Virus record (IMG/VR): IMGVR_UViG_3300037067_013150
Coordinates: 11,169 to 75,168 of that record
Origin: a virus
Lineage: Duplodnaviria; Caudoviricetes
Strand: one strand, 5' to 3'
Length of the DNA stretch: 64,000 nucleotides
Shown here in pieces: positions 44,054 through 55,745 of this stretch. The translations under genes were made by a program, and so were the position numbers. Numbering within the stretch: the first letter of the stretch is position 1; each line of letters starts with the position of its first letter. The notes under the pieces were generated by a model that saw only the letters and a list, made by a program, of their open reading frames with translations, did not search any database and was not told the origin of the DNA.

Positions 44054-44542
44054 TATATAGATATGAAAGAAGAATTTAAGAAATTAGATAATCAAGAACT
44101 ATTTCATATTGGTATAGAAGCAGCTAAAGTAGAATTTATACATCGTCTTTATCGAGAATTAGTAGAATTAGGATATTTTGATAGGGAACTTATATTAAGT
44201 CTACTTTGGGAATGCTATTTTAGTATTTGTAGCCCAATAGAACAGACACTATACACTTTTTATAGATACAGCAAAGCCAGAAAAAGTGAGAAGTGGAAAC
44301 ACGTATGTCAACATGATTGGGAAGCATATAAAAATCAAAAGAAATATTCAAGAAAATCAAAAGAAGATATGATAAAAGAATTTGCTTATGTTCTTGACAT
44401 ACCGGAAAAATATGCTATGCCATCTAAATTTTTTCAGATTAGATTTAGAATAAAAAGAAGTTTTAAAAAGAGTATTAAAAAAGTTATTAACTATGTTAAA
44501 TCTAAAAGGGGTATAAGAGATTAAGAGACTCTTTAAATGATA

Positions 44543-45134
44543 ATGTACTCAACTAAACAAGTTATAGTAATAAGAACTGATTTAAATATGCGAAAAGGGA
44601 AGATGTGTGCTCAAGCAGCACATGCTTCTATGAAAGTATTTTTTTGATAGGATGAGTACAGAAGAAATTGAAGTTCCTGTATTTCAATTAGATGAACAAC
44701 AGAAAAATTGTTCTGGATATATAATGACTCCATTAATTACAAAAAAATTACATTTTATTAAAAATGATCCGATGTTAGAATGGATGGAAGGTTCTTTTGC
44801 TAAAATAGTTGTAGGAGTTGACTCATTAGAAAAACTACTTGAATTACAAAAACAAGCAGAAGAGTCTGGTATAGTTAATGCTCTTATTACTGATAATGGA
44901 AGCACAGAGTTTAAAGAAGAATGCCCGGTTTGTCATGGCAGAGGAATAACTTTTGATAAATTGTTTTTAAAACAAACAGAGCCTGATATAGAAAAAAGGA
45001 AAAAAATTGATTGTTCATGCTATAAATGTAGTAGTACAGGTAAAATAAGAAAGCCTACTATAACGTGTTTGGCAATAGGACCCGATCTTTCAAATAAAAT
45101 AGATAAAATAACTAAAGAGTTAAAACTATTATGA
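44543..45134 (+). pseudogene. pth2: Peptidyl-tRNA hydrolase Pth2, frameshifted in a T7 run, with a Zn-finger insertion
   Basis: KQVIVIRTDLNMRKGKMCAQAAHAS in one frame; AKIVVGV...ITDNG...TCLAIGP...IDKITKELKLL in the next frame. Confidence 0.85.
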
Positions 45135-45496
45135 GAGTATTAAAGTTTAGGGCGTGGGATAAAGTTAAAAAAGAATGGATTTTTCATACAAATGAAAACC
45201 CATTTCACATCATAGGTGAAGTTACAGTCTTTGATATGTTGGGACAATATAGTGTATCTCAATTCAATGATATTGAGATTACTCAATATACTGGATTGCA
45301 AGATAGTAAAGGTAAAGAGATTTATGAGGGTGATGTCGTCGAGTATATTGATGATCGTGACATAAAAAAGAAAAGGCTCGTTTTTTACGAATATGGCGGG
45401 TTTCTTCCCTTCGCTGATAATGACGACGGAATACCCTACCCGAAGCCGTATGAGTGCGAGATTATCGGAAATATTTATGAGAATCCAGAATTATGA
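45131..45496 (+). CDS. YopX-family protein
   Basis: KFRAWD...QYTGLQDSKGKEIYEGDVV...EIIGNIYENPEL. Confidence 0.92.
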   Translation: MRVLKFRAWDKVKKEWIFHTNENPFHIIGEVTVFDMLGQYSVSQFNDIEITQYTGLQDSKGKEIYEGDVVEYIDDRDIKKKRLVFYEYGGFLPFADNDDGIPYPKPYECEIIGNIYENPEL

Positions 45497-47711
45497 AAGG
45501 AAATTCAAACTGAAATGATGAAGAACAGGAGAATTATTTAAATGAAACATGATAAAGAAATAAATTATTTAGATATACCAGAAATTAAAATGCCTGAATT
45601 TGATCCAAATGGTCCTATAAACATCAATCTGGAAGATTTAGATCATCCACAATTTAATCTTATTACCAGAGAAAAATGGACCAAAGAAACTGCCCTTACA
45701 AGTGAAGAATTAGATAAACTTTTAGAAATAATGGGAATAAAACACGAAAACAATGCTGCAATTCTCATAGATGATAATAAGATAATAAAATGAGTGCACA
45801 AGATTTAGAAGCACTTAAAAAAGGAGTATAATATGTTTGGATGGTTGTCAATGAACGTATTAGTTATAACAATAGCAGTAACACTTATATTTCTTCTAGT
45901 ATCTCTTGGGATAGCATCAGAAATCGAGAGGGCAAAGTATGTAGTACTTGGTTTTTTTGTTCTAATTATTTTAGAATCTGTCTTGCTTTTTGTGGGGGTA
46001 CAAACAAAAGAGATTAAGTATCAACAAGTAAATGTAATTGAACAAAAAAGAATGGCAGATAAATCTATTCTACAATTAGAAGATAATACAGTTTTAGTTA
46101 AGAATGAAATAGCATGGTTAGATGCTAAAATTGTTTATAAAAAGATACGCATAAACTATTTTGGAGATACAGGTGAAGACTATGTTGTTTCAAAAAAATA
46201 ATTGATTACTATGATAATATTAATGACAATAGCTTTTTTTATAATGTGTGGTATTTGTATTAAGATAATAGAAGAGAAAAGACTATTACAACGTAAATAT
46301 GAATTTATGTGTGAACAATATGAGTATATTATTAGAATATTACATAAAGATAAAACTGATAAAGATAAACTAAATGAATTGTTGTGGTATCTTGATAATA
46401 CTCCATTTTAATAAATAATAAATTAAGAGATAATATATGTCTTCATTAAAATTAATAACAAAATATAATTCAGAGATAATAAATCAGCAAATATTATTTG
46501 AAATAGATGGTATAGAAAGTAAATTAATAGAACAAATAATATTATTACAAGACAAGCATATAAAGAAAGCTCTTATTGATTTAGGATGGACACCACCAGA
46601 AAACGAGAATAAATCATAAACATTAACTTTTTTAAAGATATACAATCAAGGTAATATAAAAGGTAATATAAAATGAAATGTAAATATTATAAACATTTAG
46701 CACATCCTATTAATATATGTAAATGTCATGGAGAACTTCCTGATTATTGGACTTCTGAAGAAGTTGAATCTATTAGAAAGGTATGGGGATTACCTCAAGA
46801 AGGAATATGTGACATATGTAATAAAAAAACAGATGCATTTGCAGGAGATCCTGATAAATGGCCTGTTGAATTACCATATAAAGATGGTAATGGTAAGAAG
46901 AAGATATATCATATAGGCTGTGTTGTAGATAGTATTGAAAGTTATACTATTATACAAGAAATAAATAGAGAATATTCAGATGAAAATAAGGAAGTAAAGG
47001 AAAATTAATATGGTTTTTTTAATTATATTTGGGATTTGGTGGTTAATAGGAACAATATTAACTTTTATTTATTGTATACAAAAAAACAATAAAATTAAAT
47101 TAATAATGAATTTAATATCTTGTATATTTTCGGGTTTTTTGGGTATATTTGCAATAATATTTTTTATTAATATAGAAAAGGTACAACAATGAATAGAGTA
47201 CTTGCTGAATTAACATGGCCTATAAGACGTAGATGGTATAAGATACGATTATTTTGGAATTGTAGTAAAGAATTTTATGCTCCTTGGGAAGCAGTTGAGA
47301 TGTTATTAACTGTTAATTTTGAAATACTTGTTGATGTTTATAAAAATGGTGAGCTTGATATTATTAATTGGGATAGTGATGATTGTCATAAATTAGTTAA
47401 GAATGAGATAGATTATTTATATAATTGGTGGACAAAGGAAAGAAAAGAAGAGGAAGATGAATTAGATTATTTATTAGATATTTGGTCAGAACATCATGTA
47501 TCATGGTTTGAAAAAATTATAGAAAAAGATCATCCTGATGGTTATAAAATTGGTGAATGGTCAGAATGGAAATCTGTTAATTCAAAATATGGTAATTATA
47601 TTAATAAATTATATATGGAAAAAGAAGAAAGTATGCTTAAAAAAGAACAAGATAATTTAATTAGATTGATTAAAATAAGAGGATATTTATGGACATAAAA
47701 GGAGAATAAAA

Positions 47712-48182
47712 TTGTTTAAAAATAAAATTGATTTTTATTTGGGTTTAGCAGAAACAATCTCCAAGCAATCAAAATGTCATGGAGGTAATTGGGGAGTAGT
47801 TATAGTAAAGAATGATATTATTCTTGGGACAGGCTATAATGGTCCAGCTAGGGGAGTTGCTCATTGTAATCCCTGTAGAAGAACAGGGTTTCAAAAGGGG
47901 GAAGGATATGATAAATGTATTGCTGTTCACGCTGAAGTTAATGCCATTATTCAATCCGGTGGAAGAGAGCGTTGCTTGGGAGCTACCTTGTATATAGCTT
48001 CTCATAATCGCCCCTGGGATGCTTCAGTTAAATATAATATGGGTATGGGAAATTTTCCTTGTAATAATTGTGCAAGAACTATTGTTAATGCTGGTATTAA
48101 ATATGTTATTCAAAGAGAAGAGCGGGGAGAGCCTAATTTATATGATATTGAACAATTAGTTAACAATGGAAAAATAATATGA
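47712..48182 (+). CDS. dCMP/CMP deaminase family protein
   Basis: GTGYNG, VHAEVNAII and PCNNCARTI. Confidence 0.88.
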   Translation: MFKNKIDFYLGLAETISKQSKCHGGNWGVVIVKNDIILGTGYNGPARGVAHCNPCRRTGFQKGEGYDKCIAVHAEVNAIIQSGGRERCLGATLYIASHNRPWDASVKYNMGMGNFPCNNCARTIVNAGIKYVIQREERGEPNLYDIEQLVNNGKII

Positions 48183-48297
48183 AAAAAGTGTCTTATTCTA
48201 ATTATAAATTTCTTGATGTTCTTATTTTAAAAATGTTTTTTAATTACCTTAAAGGTTTTAAAGATTAATTAAATATTAATATTATTTATTATATAAG

Positions 48298-48328
48298 ACC
48301 GATATTTGATATAAATATCGGTTTTTTT
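48298..48328 (+). terminator. Intrinsic terminator
   Basis: ACCGATATTT/AAATATCGGT stem plus T-tract. Confidence 0.85.
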
Positions 48329-48511
48329 ATGTAAAAAATTATTAATAATAAAAATTAAATTAAATAAATGTCAAATTTAGGTATTATTTATATATGAACA
48401 TTTAAAAATTATTGGTATAATTCTGATAGTTTTTAGTGTGTTTTACTTGGGAATCAATGATTATATTTATATAAAATTTTATATAGAATAGTTTTAAAAA
48501 GGAGAAATCTA

Positions 48512-48823
48512 ATGATAAAAGATTATGGAAGAGAATATAAAGAAGCATCTGAACCCCAATTTAAAGCTGAATTGGAAGATCGAGGTTCTTTATTTAATAG
48601 ATTATATAAAACATATGAGTCTTTATCTTTACTTACGCACAATGCTGAATTATCAGTAAAAAATGATCCAAAGAGGCAAAGTATTCTTCCTGATGAGATT
48701 AATGAGTTATATAAAATTAAAGATATGTTTAATAATGTTCTTGGTCAAATGATCCAAAGATTCACAAAAGAGACTTCTCCAAATGAATTCCCTACTCTTG
48801 ATTCAAAAGGAGAAATAATATAA
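48512..48823 (+). CDS. Hypothetical protein with MIKDYGRE N-terminus
   Basis: AGGAG SD; N-terminus shared with the next ORF. Confidence 0.75.
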   Translation: MIKDYGREYKEASEPQFKAELEDRGSLFNRLYKTYESLSLLTHNAELSVKNDPKRQSILPDEINELYKIKDMFNNVLGQMIQRFTKETSPNEFPTLDSKGEII

Positions 48824-49317
48824 TGATTAAGGATTATGGTAGAGATAAAAGATCATTTGAACCTGTAAGTGAAATAAAAAAAATATCTCCTATAGAACCA
48901 ATAGAAAAAACAAATAAAGATATTCCTCAAAAAGAAGAACAAAGTAGATCAAAAGATCCTAATAAGGGTAAAATTGTAGATATAATAGCATCTTTAAGAA
49001 GCGATACAATGATTAGGGATTATGGAAGAGAATATAAATATTCTTTTGAAGAACATATGGAAAATAATTTTAAATTATCTATACAAGGAACAACTAAAGA
49101 TCTTATTACTGGTAGATCTGGAATTGCTGATCCAATTGAAAGTTTTTATTCTTCTTTTGAAGAAGCAAAGAAAGAAGCTGAAAAATTTTTAGATGAACAT
49201 TTAGATAATTTTGGTCAAATAGATGTTTCTATTGAAGATATTAAAAATGATAAATATTTCTTTATTTATTATTATAAAGAGGGAGATACTTTAAAATATA
49301 AATGGAAAACTTTATAG
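48823..49317 (+). CDS. Hypothetical protein with two MI[KR]DYGR units
   Basis: Starts MIKDYGRDK; internal MIRDYGREYK at 49009. Confidence 0.7.
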   Translation: MIKDYGRDKRSFEPVSEIKKISPIEPIEKTNKDIPQKEEQSRSKDPNKGKIVDIIASLRSDTMIRDYGREYKYSFEEHMENNFKLSIQGTTKDLITGRSGIADPIESFYSSFEEAKKEAEKFLDEHLDNFGQIDVSIEDIKNDKYFFIYYYKEGDTLKYKWKTL

Positions 49318-49760
49318 GATAAATTTTATGATTAAAAATGGATATAAAAATGAATAATTCATTAAAAATAAAATTATTACATACTCTTAAAATAATGAGT
49401 ACTCATAATGATTATTATAATCCATCTGGAGAATTATCTGATTTAGGTAATAAACTTAAACCTATTTTTCAAAGATATATAGTTACTATAATTCAATCAG
49501 AAGATATTCTTGAAGAATTATTATCTAGATTAGAAGTTGAATATACTAATATTCAAGAATTAAATGAAGGTAAAGATATTCAAATAGAAAAAAATAATGA
49601 TATTATATATGAGACTTTATGGAATATTTTATTAGAAAAACCAGAAGAAGATAAGTTTCATTCATATAATAGTAATAATAAATTTGCTGGATATAAAAAT
49701 ATTAATGAATTATTAAAATAAACAATATTTAATAATAATTTCTCCTTTTTTTAATTTTAT

Positions 49761-49788
49761 ACCGGTACTTTATAGTATCGGTTTTTTT
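49761..49788 (+). terminator. Intrinsic terminator
   Basis: ACCGGTACT/AGTATCGGT stem plus T-tract. Confidence 0.8.
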
Positions 49789-49822
49789 ATTATAATTTTT
49801 ATTAAAAATTAATAATTTTTTG

Positions 49823-49851
49823 TTGACAAATTACTAAATAATATATATTAT
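49823..49851 (+). promoter_or_regulatory. Sigma70-type promoter
   Basis: TTGACA-17 bp-TATTAT. Confidence 0.75.
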
Positions 49852-50659
49852 ATCTTATATTAAGGAGATAATTATGAAAAATAAGATTAAATTAATGGAT
49901 GTAATAGTTACAATTAATTTCTTTAGTGCAATTGGTTGTTTATTGCTTTCTGGTATTGTAATTAGATCTGGTTTAATTATGGAAGGTTATTTTTTACTTA
50001 TTGGTGCTATATTAAATTGTATATTAATGTATTATATTAATAGGTAATATATATGAATTCAACAAAAAAGGTTTATTGTTCATTTTGTAAATATTATTGT
50101 TGTATATTTCCAGGACAACATTCTATTCGTGTATGGTGTGAATCCATGAAACATATTAAAACTATAGTTCAAGATACACCTATTTATCCTGGAGAAAAAC
50201 TAAAAGATTATTCTTTTATAAATCCATATATTTGTAATAAAAATAATGATTGTTTTTATTACAAAAGAAAATGGTATTTATTTTGGAGATAACTATGAAA
50301 CAATATTGTAAGCACTTTAAAAAAGAAATAACAAAAGAAGAGTGTTATAAAAATAAAGAGAATTTTACTATTTGTAAACAAGGAATTGCCTATGCATTTT
50401 TTAGATTTTGTTGTTTTTTAGAAAAGAATCAAATGGATAGAACAAAGCCATATAAAGGATAATTAATTTTTATGAAAAGAAAATTAACAATAACATTAAC
50501 TGAAGAAGAATTGGATACTATTTGTAATGCTTTGTGTTCTTATTCTATACGATATATTGATAAATTTTGGGGTATATATGCTCATAAAATTTATATAAAA
50601 ATATGTAAACTTATTCCCGATGAGTGGGGTTGGTCTGGAGATATTGAAGGAGAAGAATA

Positions 50660-50980
50660 ATGGCTCCAATGATTGATATTATTAATTTAGCTCAAAAGAA
50701 AGCTAAACAAAGTTATTGTAGATATAAAATATCTGCAGTTGGATTGGATAAAAATGGTAAAATAATTGGTAGTTCTATGAATAAATTACGATTTCATCAT
50801 AAAGGTGGGGGTGTTCATGCAGAAATAGCATTAATTAAGAAATATGGTATTAGATTAAAAAGTATGTTTATATGTAGAATTAATAAACAAGGACAACTAC
50901 AAAATATACATCCGTGTAAATCTTGTAGTGAGGTGGCTAAAAAATTAGGTATTAAAATATATTCAATTAAGGAGATATAA
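50660..50980 (+). CDS. Small cytidine-deaminase-like protein
   Basis: VHAEIAL and HPCKSC zinc motifs. Confidence 0.78.
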   Translation: MAPMIDIINLAQKKAKQSYCRYKISAVGLDKNGKIIGSSMNKLRFHHKGGGVHAEIALIKKYGIRLKSMFICRINKQGQLQNIHPCKSCSEVAKKLGIKIYSIKEI

Positions 50981-51318
50981 ATGAAAAAGTTTATAGTTGG
51001 AGTATTTATTCTATTTACTGGTTGTGTTAGTATTGAAACATATCAAACTGATATAAAAAAAGTAGAAGTTGAACGAGATAAATATAGAGAATCTGCTCTT
51101 AATGCTAGAGTAGATAATGAGCATTTAAAGGGTTTTATTAGAGAATCTGTAGAATATATAAAAGATTTAAAATTTGAATTGGATCTTTGTAAAAACCACA
51201 AAGAAATTGATATTAGTAAATAGAAATTTATTATATGAAATTTTTAATTAAAATTAGTATGAGTATTATTATATTTTTTAAAAGTAGAAAATATAGAAAT
51301 AAGAAATTGGATTAATAA

Positions 51319-52071
51319 ATGATAGTAGATAAAAACCAATTTGATAAATTTATAGAAATATTACCCGATTTACAAAAGGATGAAGTATATTTTGTATCAT
51401 TATCTGCAAGAAATAAATATCTTACTCAAGAAGAAAGAGATGAGTTTTCTTTGGGTAGAACAGAAATGTTTTCTAGAGAAGTAGCAAGAGATAAAGAAGG
51501 ACTTTATTATGCTATGAAGAAACTTAGAACCTCTTTACAATATAAACATACAAATAACGGTAAAGAAATACCAGAAAAAGCTATTGTTGTTTATGGTAAT
51601 ATTAATCCTTCTTCTATGGTAAGAGCCTATCAGTTATTTACTCAAGAAATAGATAAAGAAATAGGTTTTATTACTGCAGCATATATGAATGAAAAAGATA
51701 CTGAACCCAATTTTACTGAAGTTAAACTATTAAATAGAACATTAATGAATTGTATTCAAAAATCTAGATCTAGAAAATATTATATTGATATTGATTTAGA
51801 TTTATATAGTTCAATAGATTATACTGGAGTTATACCTGAATTAACTGATTTTCTTAATGAGAATAAGGCTGTTTGGTATAAAATAAAGACATTTTCTGGT
51901 TATCATTTTTTAATTAAAAAAGATACAGTTCCTAATACTTTATATAAAGAAATAGAATTATGTAGAAATAGATTATCAGTAAAAGAAATTGAATTTAATA
52001 GAAATGAAATGATTCCTATACCAGGAACACTTCAAGCTGGAAAAGTTGTAGAATTTATAGGAGATATTTAA
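51319..52071 (+). CDS. Possible AEP/primase-polymerase-fold protein
   Basis: YYIDIDLD and KTFSGYH resemble the hhhDhD and sxH catalytic motifs. Confidence 0.4.
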   Translation: MIVDKNQFDKFIEILPDLQKDEVYFVSLSARNKYLTQEERDEFSLGRTEMFSREVARDKEGLYYAMKKLRTSLQYKHTNNGKEIPEKAIVVYGNINPSSMVRAYQLFTQEIDKEIGFITAAYMNEKDTEPNFTEVKLLNRTLMNCIQKSRSRKYYIDIDLDLYSSIDYTGVIPELTDFLNENKAVWYKIKTFSGYHFLIKKDTVPNTLYKEIELCRNRLSVKEIEFNRNEMIPIPGTLQAGKVVEFIGDI

Positions 52072-52645
52072 TGAATAATTTAATAGAAATAATAACTAAT
52101 GTAAAATTTCAAATTATATTTAGTTTTATTAGTTGGTTTATAATAACTGTAATTTGGTCTGCTGTTAAAGATGAAACTAAAGGTGAGGTTTTATTTCGAT
52201 TTATATTTACTTTTTTCTTCAATTTATTTATTTTGTGTATATATTTAGGGTTTAAAAAATGAGAAGATATTCAATTTATAAAATAAATTGTAGTTGTTCT
52301 ATAAATTTAATTGCAATTTATAATGCAAAACCAACACTTAAAATTAAATGTCCAATTTGTAATAAAACTTTAGATACAGAACATTATTCTTTTTGTGGTG
52401 ATATTATGGAATATAATAAAAATAAAGCTATACAAAAATATAAAGAATTAGATGTTGAGGAATAATATGAAAAAATTAATGAATTTATTGGATAAAATAT
52501 ACATTTTTGTACTATGGATTTGTATTTTAACTGGATTTTTATTCTCAATTTTAGTAGCTAAAAATATGGTTGATAAAATTCTAGGAGTTGCTGTTGGATT
52601 TTTTGGTATTTTTAATCTTTTTTTAAATAAAAAATATAAAAATAC

Positions 52646-52674
52646 TTGACGTTCACTTTTATATTCAGTATATT
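52646..52674 (+). promoter_or_regulatory. Sigma70-type promoter
   Basis: TTGACG-17 bp-TATATT. Confidence 0.65.
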
Positions 52675-54303
52675 AAAATTAATAATTTTATAAAGGATAT
52701 AGATATGAAAGATACAGCACCAATTTTGAGACATATTATAGAAACTGTTAATTCTGGAAAAAGAATTAAAGTTAAATGTAAAAAGGAATGGGAAACAGAC
52801 GGTCCTGATGAAAATATGATATGTGATATTATAAAGATAGATACTCATGAAATAGATCCATATAATATAGCAGAAGCGGAAATTTTGATTTATATGGATT
52901 TTATGCCATATTTGAAATATAATAAAATTTTTGCTAAACCTACTTGGTATGATACATTAGGTGAACCTTGTTTAACTTGGTTTGAAACAATTCATTGGAA
53001 AGAACATAAAGGTATAGAGGAATTTTATATAATGGAAGATCAATTTGAAGAATTTTTTGATGTTGAATTATCGAATCTTTTTAAAGATTATTTAGATTCA
53101 AAAGAAAGTAAAAATAATATTTCATATATTGAATATCTAGAAAATAAAGTAATGATGTTAGCTAGTAATATATTAAAATATGAAACTAATATAGCTATGA
53201 AAGAAGATCCTGATCCAGAGGATTATACTTTAATAAATAATAGCAGTTTGGATTAAATATTAGGAAGATAAATGACAAAAAAAGAACATATAGAAAGATC
53301 AATTTTTTTATTTTTTATTATTATTGCAATAATTCCTATTATATATCATTTTAGATTTATATTTATTATTTCATTATTTGTATTAATTATAATAATGATA
53401 GCATTTATAGCAATTTGGATAGAAGATTATTATAAAGAGAAAAAAATTAATAAGGACTATTAATATGAAAAAACTGCTTTTTTGTATATTTCTATTAAGT
53501 TTTATTTGGGGATGCCAAAGAACTGAAAATATTAGTTATTCGGGGATACTTGTTACTAAAAACGGTTCAAAAATCTTTTTTAGAAATATGCAACCCAAAT
53601 TTTATCTTGATGATGTTACGTTTAAGTCAGAAGGAAATTCTTTAGAATTTAGTATAAGAGATATTAAAGAATTATATTTAAGTTTAGATGAAAATAAAGA
53701 TAAAGATGAAAAAGAAGTAACACAAGAGAAATATATAATTACAAAAAAATCTATAAATAAGGAAAATAAGGGTATAATAAATGACTAAAAAGCAACAAAT
53801 TGACAAAGAAATAAAGATACTACAAAAAGTATCTACTGAACTATTGAAATCAGATAAATTTCTAGCTACTGTAGCATTTGTTTATACAAAAAAAGAAAAT
53901 CTAATTTTAGATCTTATTGATGAATTTTCTTCTGAAAGTGCTAAACAAGAATTTATTCCTCATCTTGCTAGTAAACTTTTTGAAGAGGGTGGAAAAAGAA
54001 TAATTTTCCTACAGGAAGGAATTCAATGGATTCCTCCTAAAGAAATGACTCAAAAAGAAATTTCTGATATTAAATCTAAAGAATTAGATCCTATGTATTT
54101 CAATAAACAAGAAATAATATCTATTTTGGATATTACTAAAGATTATTCTATTGAATATAGTATTCCTTTTAATAGGATTGCTGCAGAAGGTGGAGTAGAA
54201 AAAATAAAAATGGGAAGAATAAAAAGTAATCCTGTTATCCTAGATGATTTAAAACAAATACAAACATCATTAAAATTGGTTAGATAAATAGTATATAAAA
54301 CCG

Positions 54304-54332
54304 AAAAAAATCCCCCTTAAGGGGATTTTTTT
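54304..54332. terminator. Bidirectional-type intrinsic terminator
   Basis: A7-TCCCC/GGGGA-T7. Confidence 0.85.
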
Positions 54333-54333
54333 A

Positions 54334-54362
54334 TTGACGAATAGTATATATTTGTGTATATA
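54334..54362 (+). promoter_or_regulatory. Sigma70-type promoter of hsp20
   Basis: TTGACG-17 bp-TATATA. Confidence 0.65.
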
Positions 54363-54433
54363 TTTTTTAGAGCAAAAAGCTCTAGTTAACACCGAAAGGG
54401 TTAATTAATATTACACTTATAAGAGGTAACGCT

Positions 54434-54889
54434 ATGTATCTTCCAACCGTTCGTTCTAATGATTTCCAAACACTATTATGGGGTTCAGACACAGATTTTA
54501 TTAATCTGGTTGATAGGATGTTTGAAGATTTCCATTTTATGGATTTTTCAGAGATCGTCAAAAAGGATACTTATCCTATTTCTAACATTTATGTTGGAGA
54601 AGATCAATCAATTAAGATTACTATTGCTGTAACTGATTGGGATAAAAAAGATATTTCAATCTCATCAGAAGATGACTCTATTATTATTGTAGGAAAAGAT
54701 AATAGGGAAGAAGACAAAAAATGGAGATTAATTAATGGTAAAATTAAGAAAAATTCTTTTTCTAAGAGGATTCGTTTATCAAATCGTTTAGATTATGATA
54801 AAGCTGAAGCTTCAATAGAAAACGGATTATTAACCATTATTATCCCACCCAAAGATGAACTTAAACCAAAAACTATAGAGATTCTTTAG
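54434..54889 (+). CDS. Small heat-shock protein (Hsp20/alpha-crystallin)
   Basis: YPISNIY...IAVTDW...FSKRIRL...AEASIENGLLTIIIP. Confidence 0.92.
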   Translation: MYLPTVRSNDFQTLLWGSDTDFINLVDRMFEDFHFMDFSEIVKKDTYPISNIYVGEDQSIKITIAVTDWDKKDISISSEDDSIIIVGKDNREEDKKWRLINGKIKKNSFSKRIRLSNRLDYDKAEASIENGLLTIIIPPKDELKPKTIEIL

Positions 54890-54913
54890 TATCTAAATGA
54901 AATTATATTAAGG

Positions 54914-54944
54914 AAAAAGCCCCTAGAGATTCTAGGGGCTTTTT
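54914..54944. terminator. Bidirectional intrinsic terminator
   Basis: 14-bp stem AAAAAGCCCCTAGA/TCTAGGGGCTTTTT. Confidence 0.9.
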
Positions 54945-55005
54945 AGGCAGTATTAATCTGGAATAAATATACTACCTATCAAATTAAAATTTAATTGGAG
55001 GTTAT
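54914..55005 (-). ncRNA. Candidate ~92-nt small RNA
   Basis: Bounded by a promoter at 55040-55012 and a terminator; no ATG; 10-bp stem with a G-U pair favouring the minus strand; 5-prime ACCUCC. Confidence 0.45.
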
Positions 55006-55011
55006 GTATAT

Positions 55012-55040
55012 AATATAATATAAAGATTGAATTATGTCAA
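55012..55040 (-). promoter_or_regulatory. Sigma70-type promoter with no downstream ORF
   Basis: TTGACA-17 bp-TATATT on the minus strand. Confidence 0.6.
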
Positions 55041-55745
55041 CTAATTTTTTTAATTATTTTAAATTTATAGGACATATTTTCAATAAGTATCCTTTTTAAT
55101 TCGTTTTATTAATAATTTAGCTAATATTTCTATTTCTTTATCTGTATTATCTTTTTTAATAGAATTTTTTAATAATTTTATTATTTCTTGTTCTAGGAGT
55201 ATCTTTTTTAATTCTTTTTCATTTAAAAATTTAAATGGAGGAGATATGGTTTGACATTTAGTACATCTATCTCCTCCAGTTTCTGAGTAATGTTCTGTCC
55301 AAATATTGCATTTTTCACAAAATTTCCACTCCCATAAAGAATTCATATTAACTCCTTATTTCTTATCCATTTTCTTTGGCAATTTTATCCATAAATTCTT
55401 TTTTAAGAAGTTTTTCTTGTTTTGCAATAAATTTATTTTGTTCTCTAGTAATTTTGTCTTTAATTGCACCAGCATCTACTAGGTCTTGTGTATCTAAATC
55501 CATCATAATTTTTATTTTTAGATCAACAATAAAGTTAGTTCTTTTTTCTAAAGCTCTACCCAATGCCCAATCTTCACCTTCTTTTTGATTCCATACATCA
55601 CCTTCATCAAGATTTAGTTTAGCTATTCCAATAAATATCATTTGAAGATCTTCATCAGTAAGATAACATTTAACTATTCTTTGATTAAAGTATTTAAATT
55701 TAATATAATATTGCCGACCATTAACTTGATATTTAATTCCTTTCA

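Noticed and set aside
44645-44650. Stop-codon reassignment to explain the pth2 break
   Set aside because: TGA is followed by TAG, the continuation is in another frame, and other genes are full length under code 11.
48345-48374. Minus-strand TTGACA promoter-like site
   Set aside because: 18-bp spacer and it would fire directly into a terminator about 15 bp away; probably an AT-rich coincidence.
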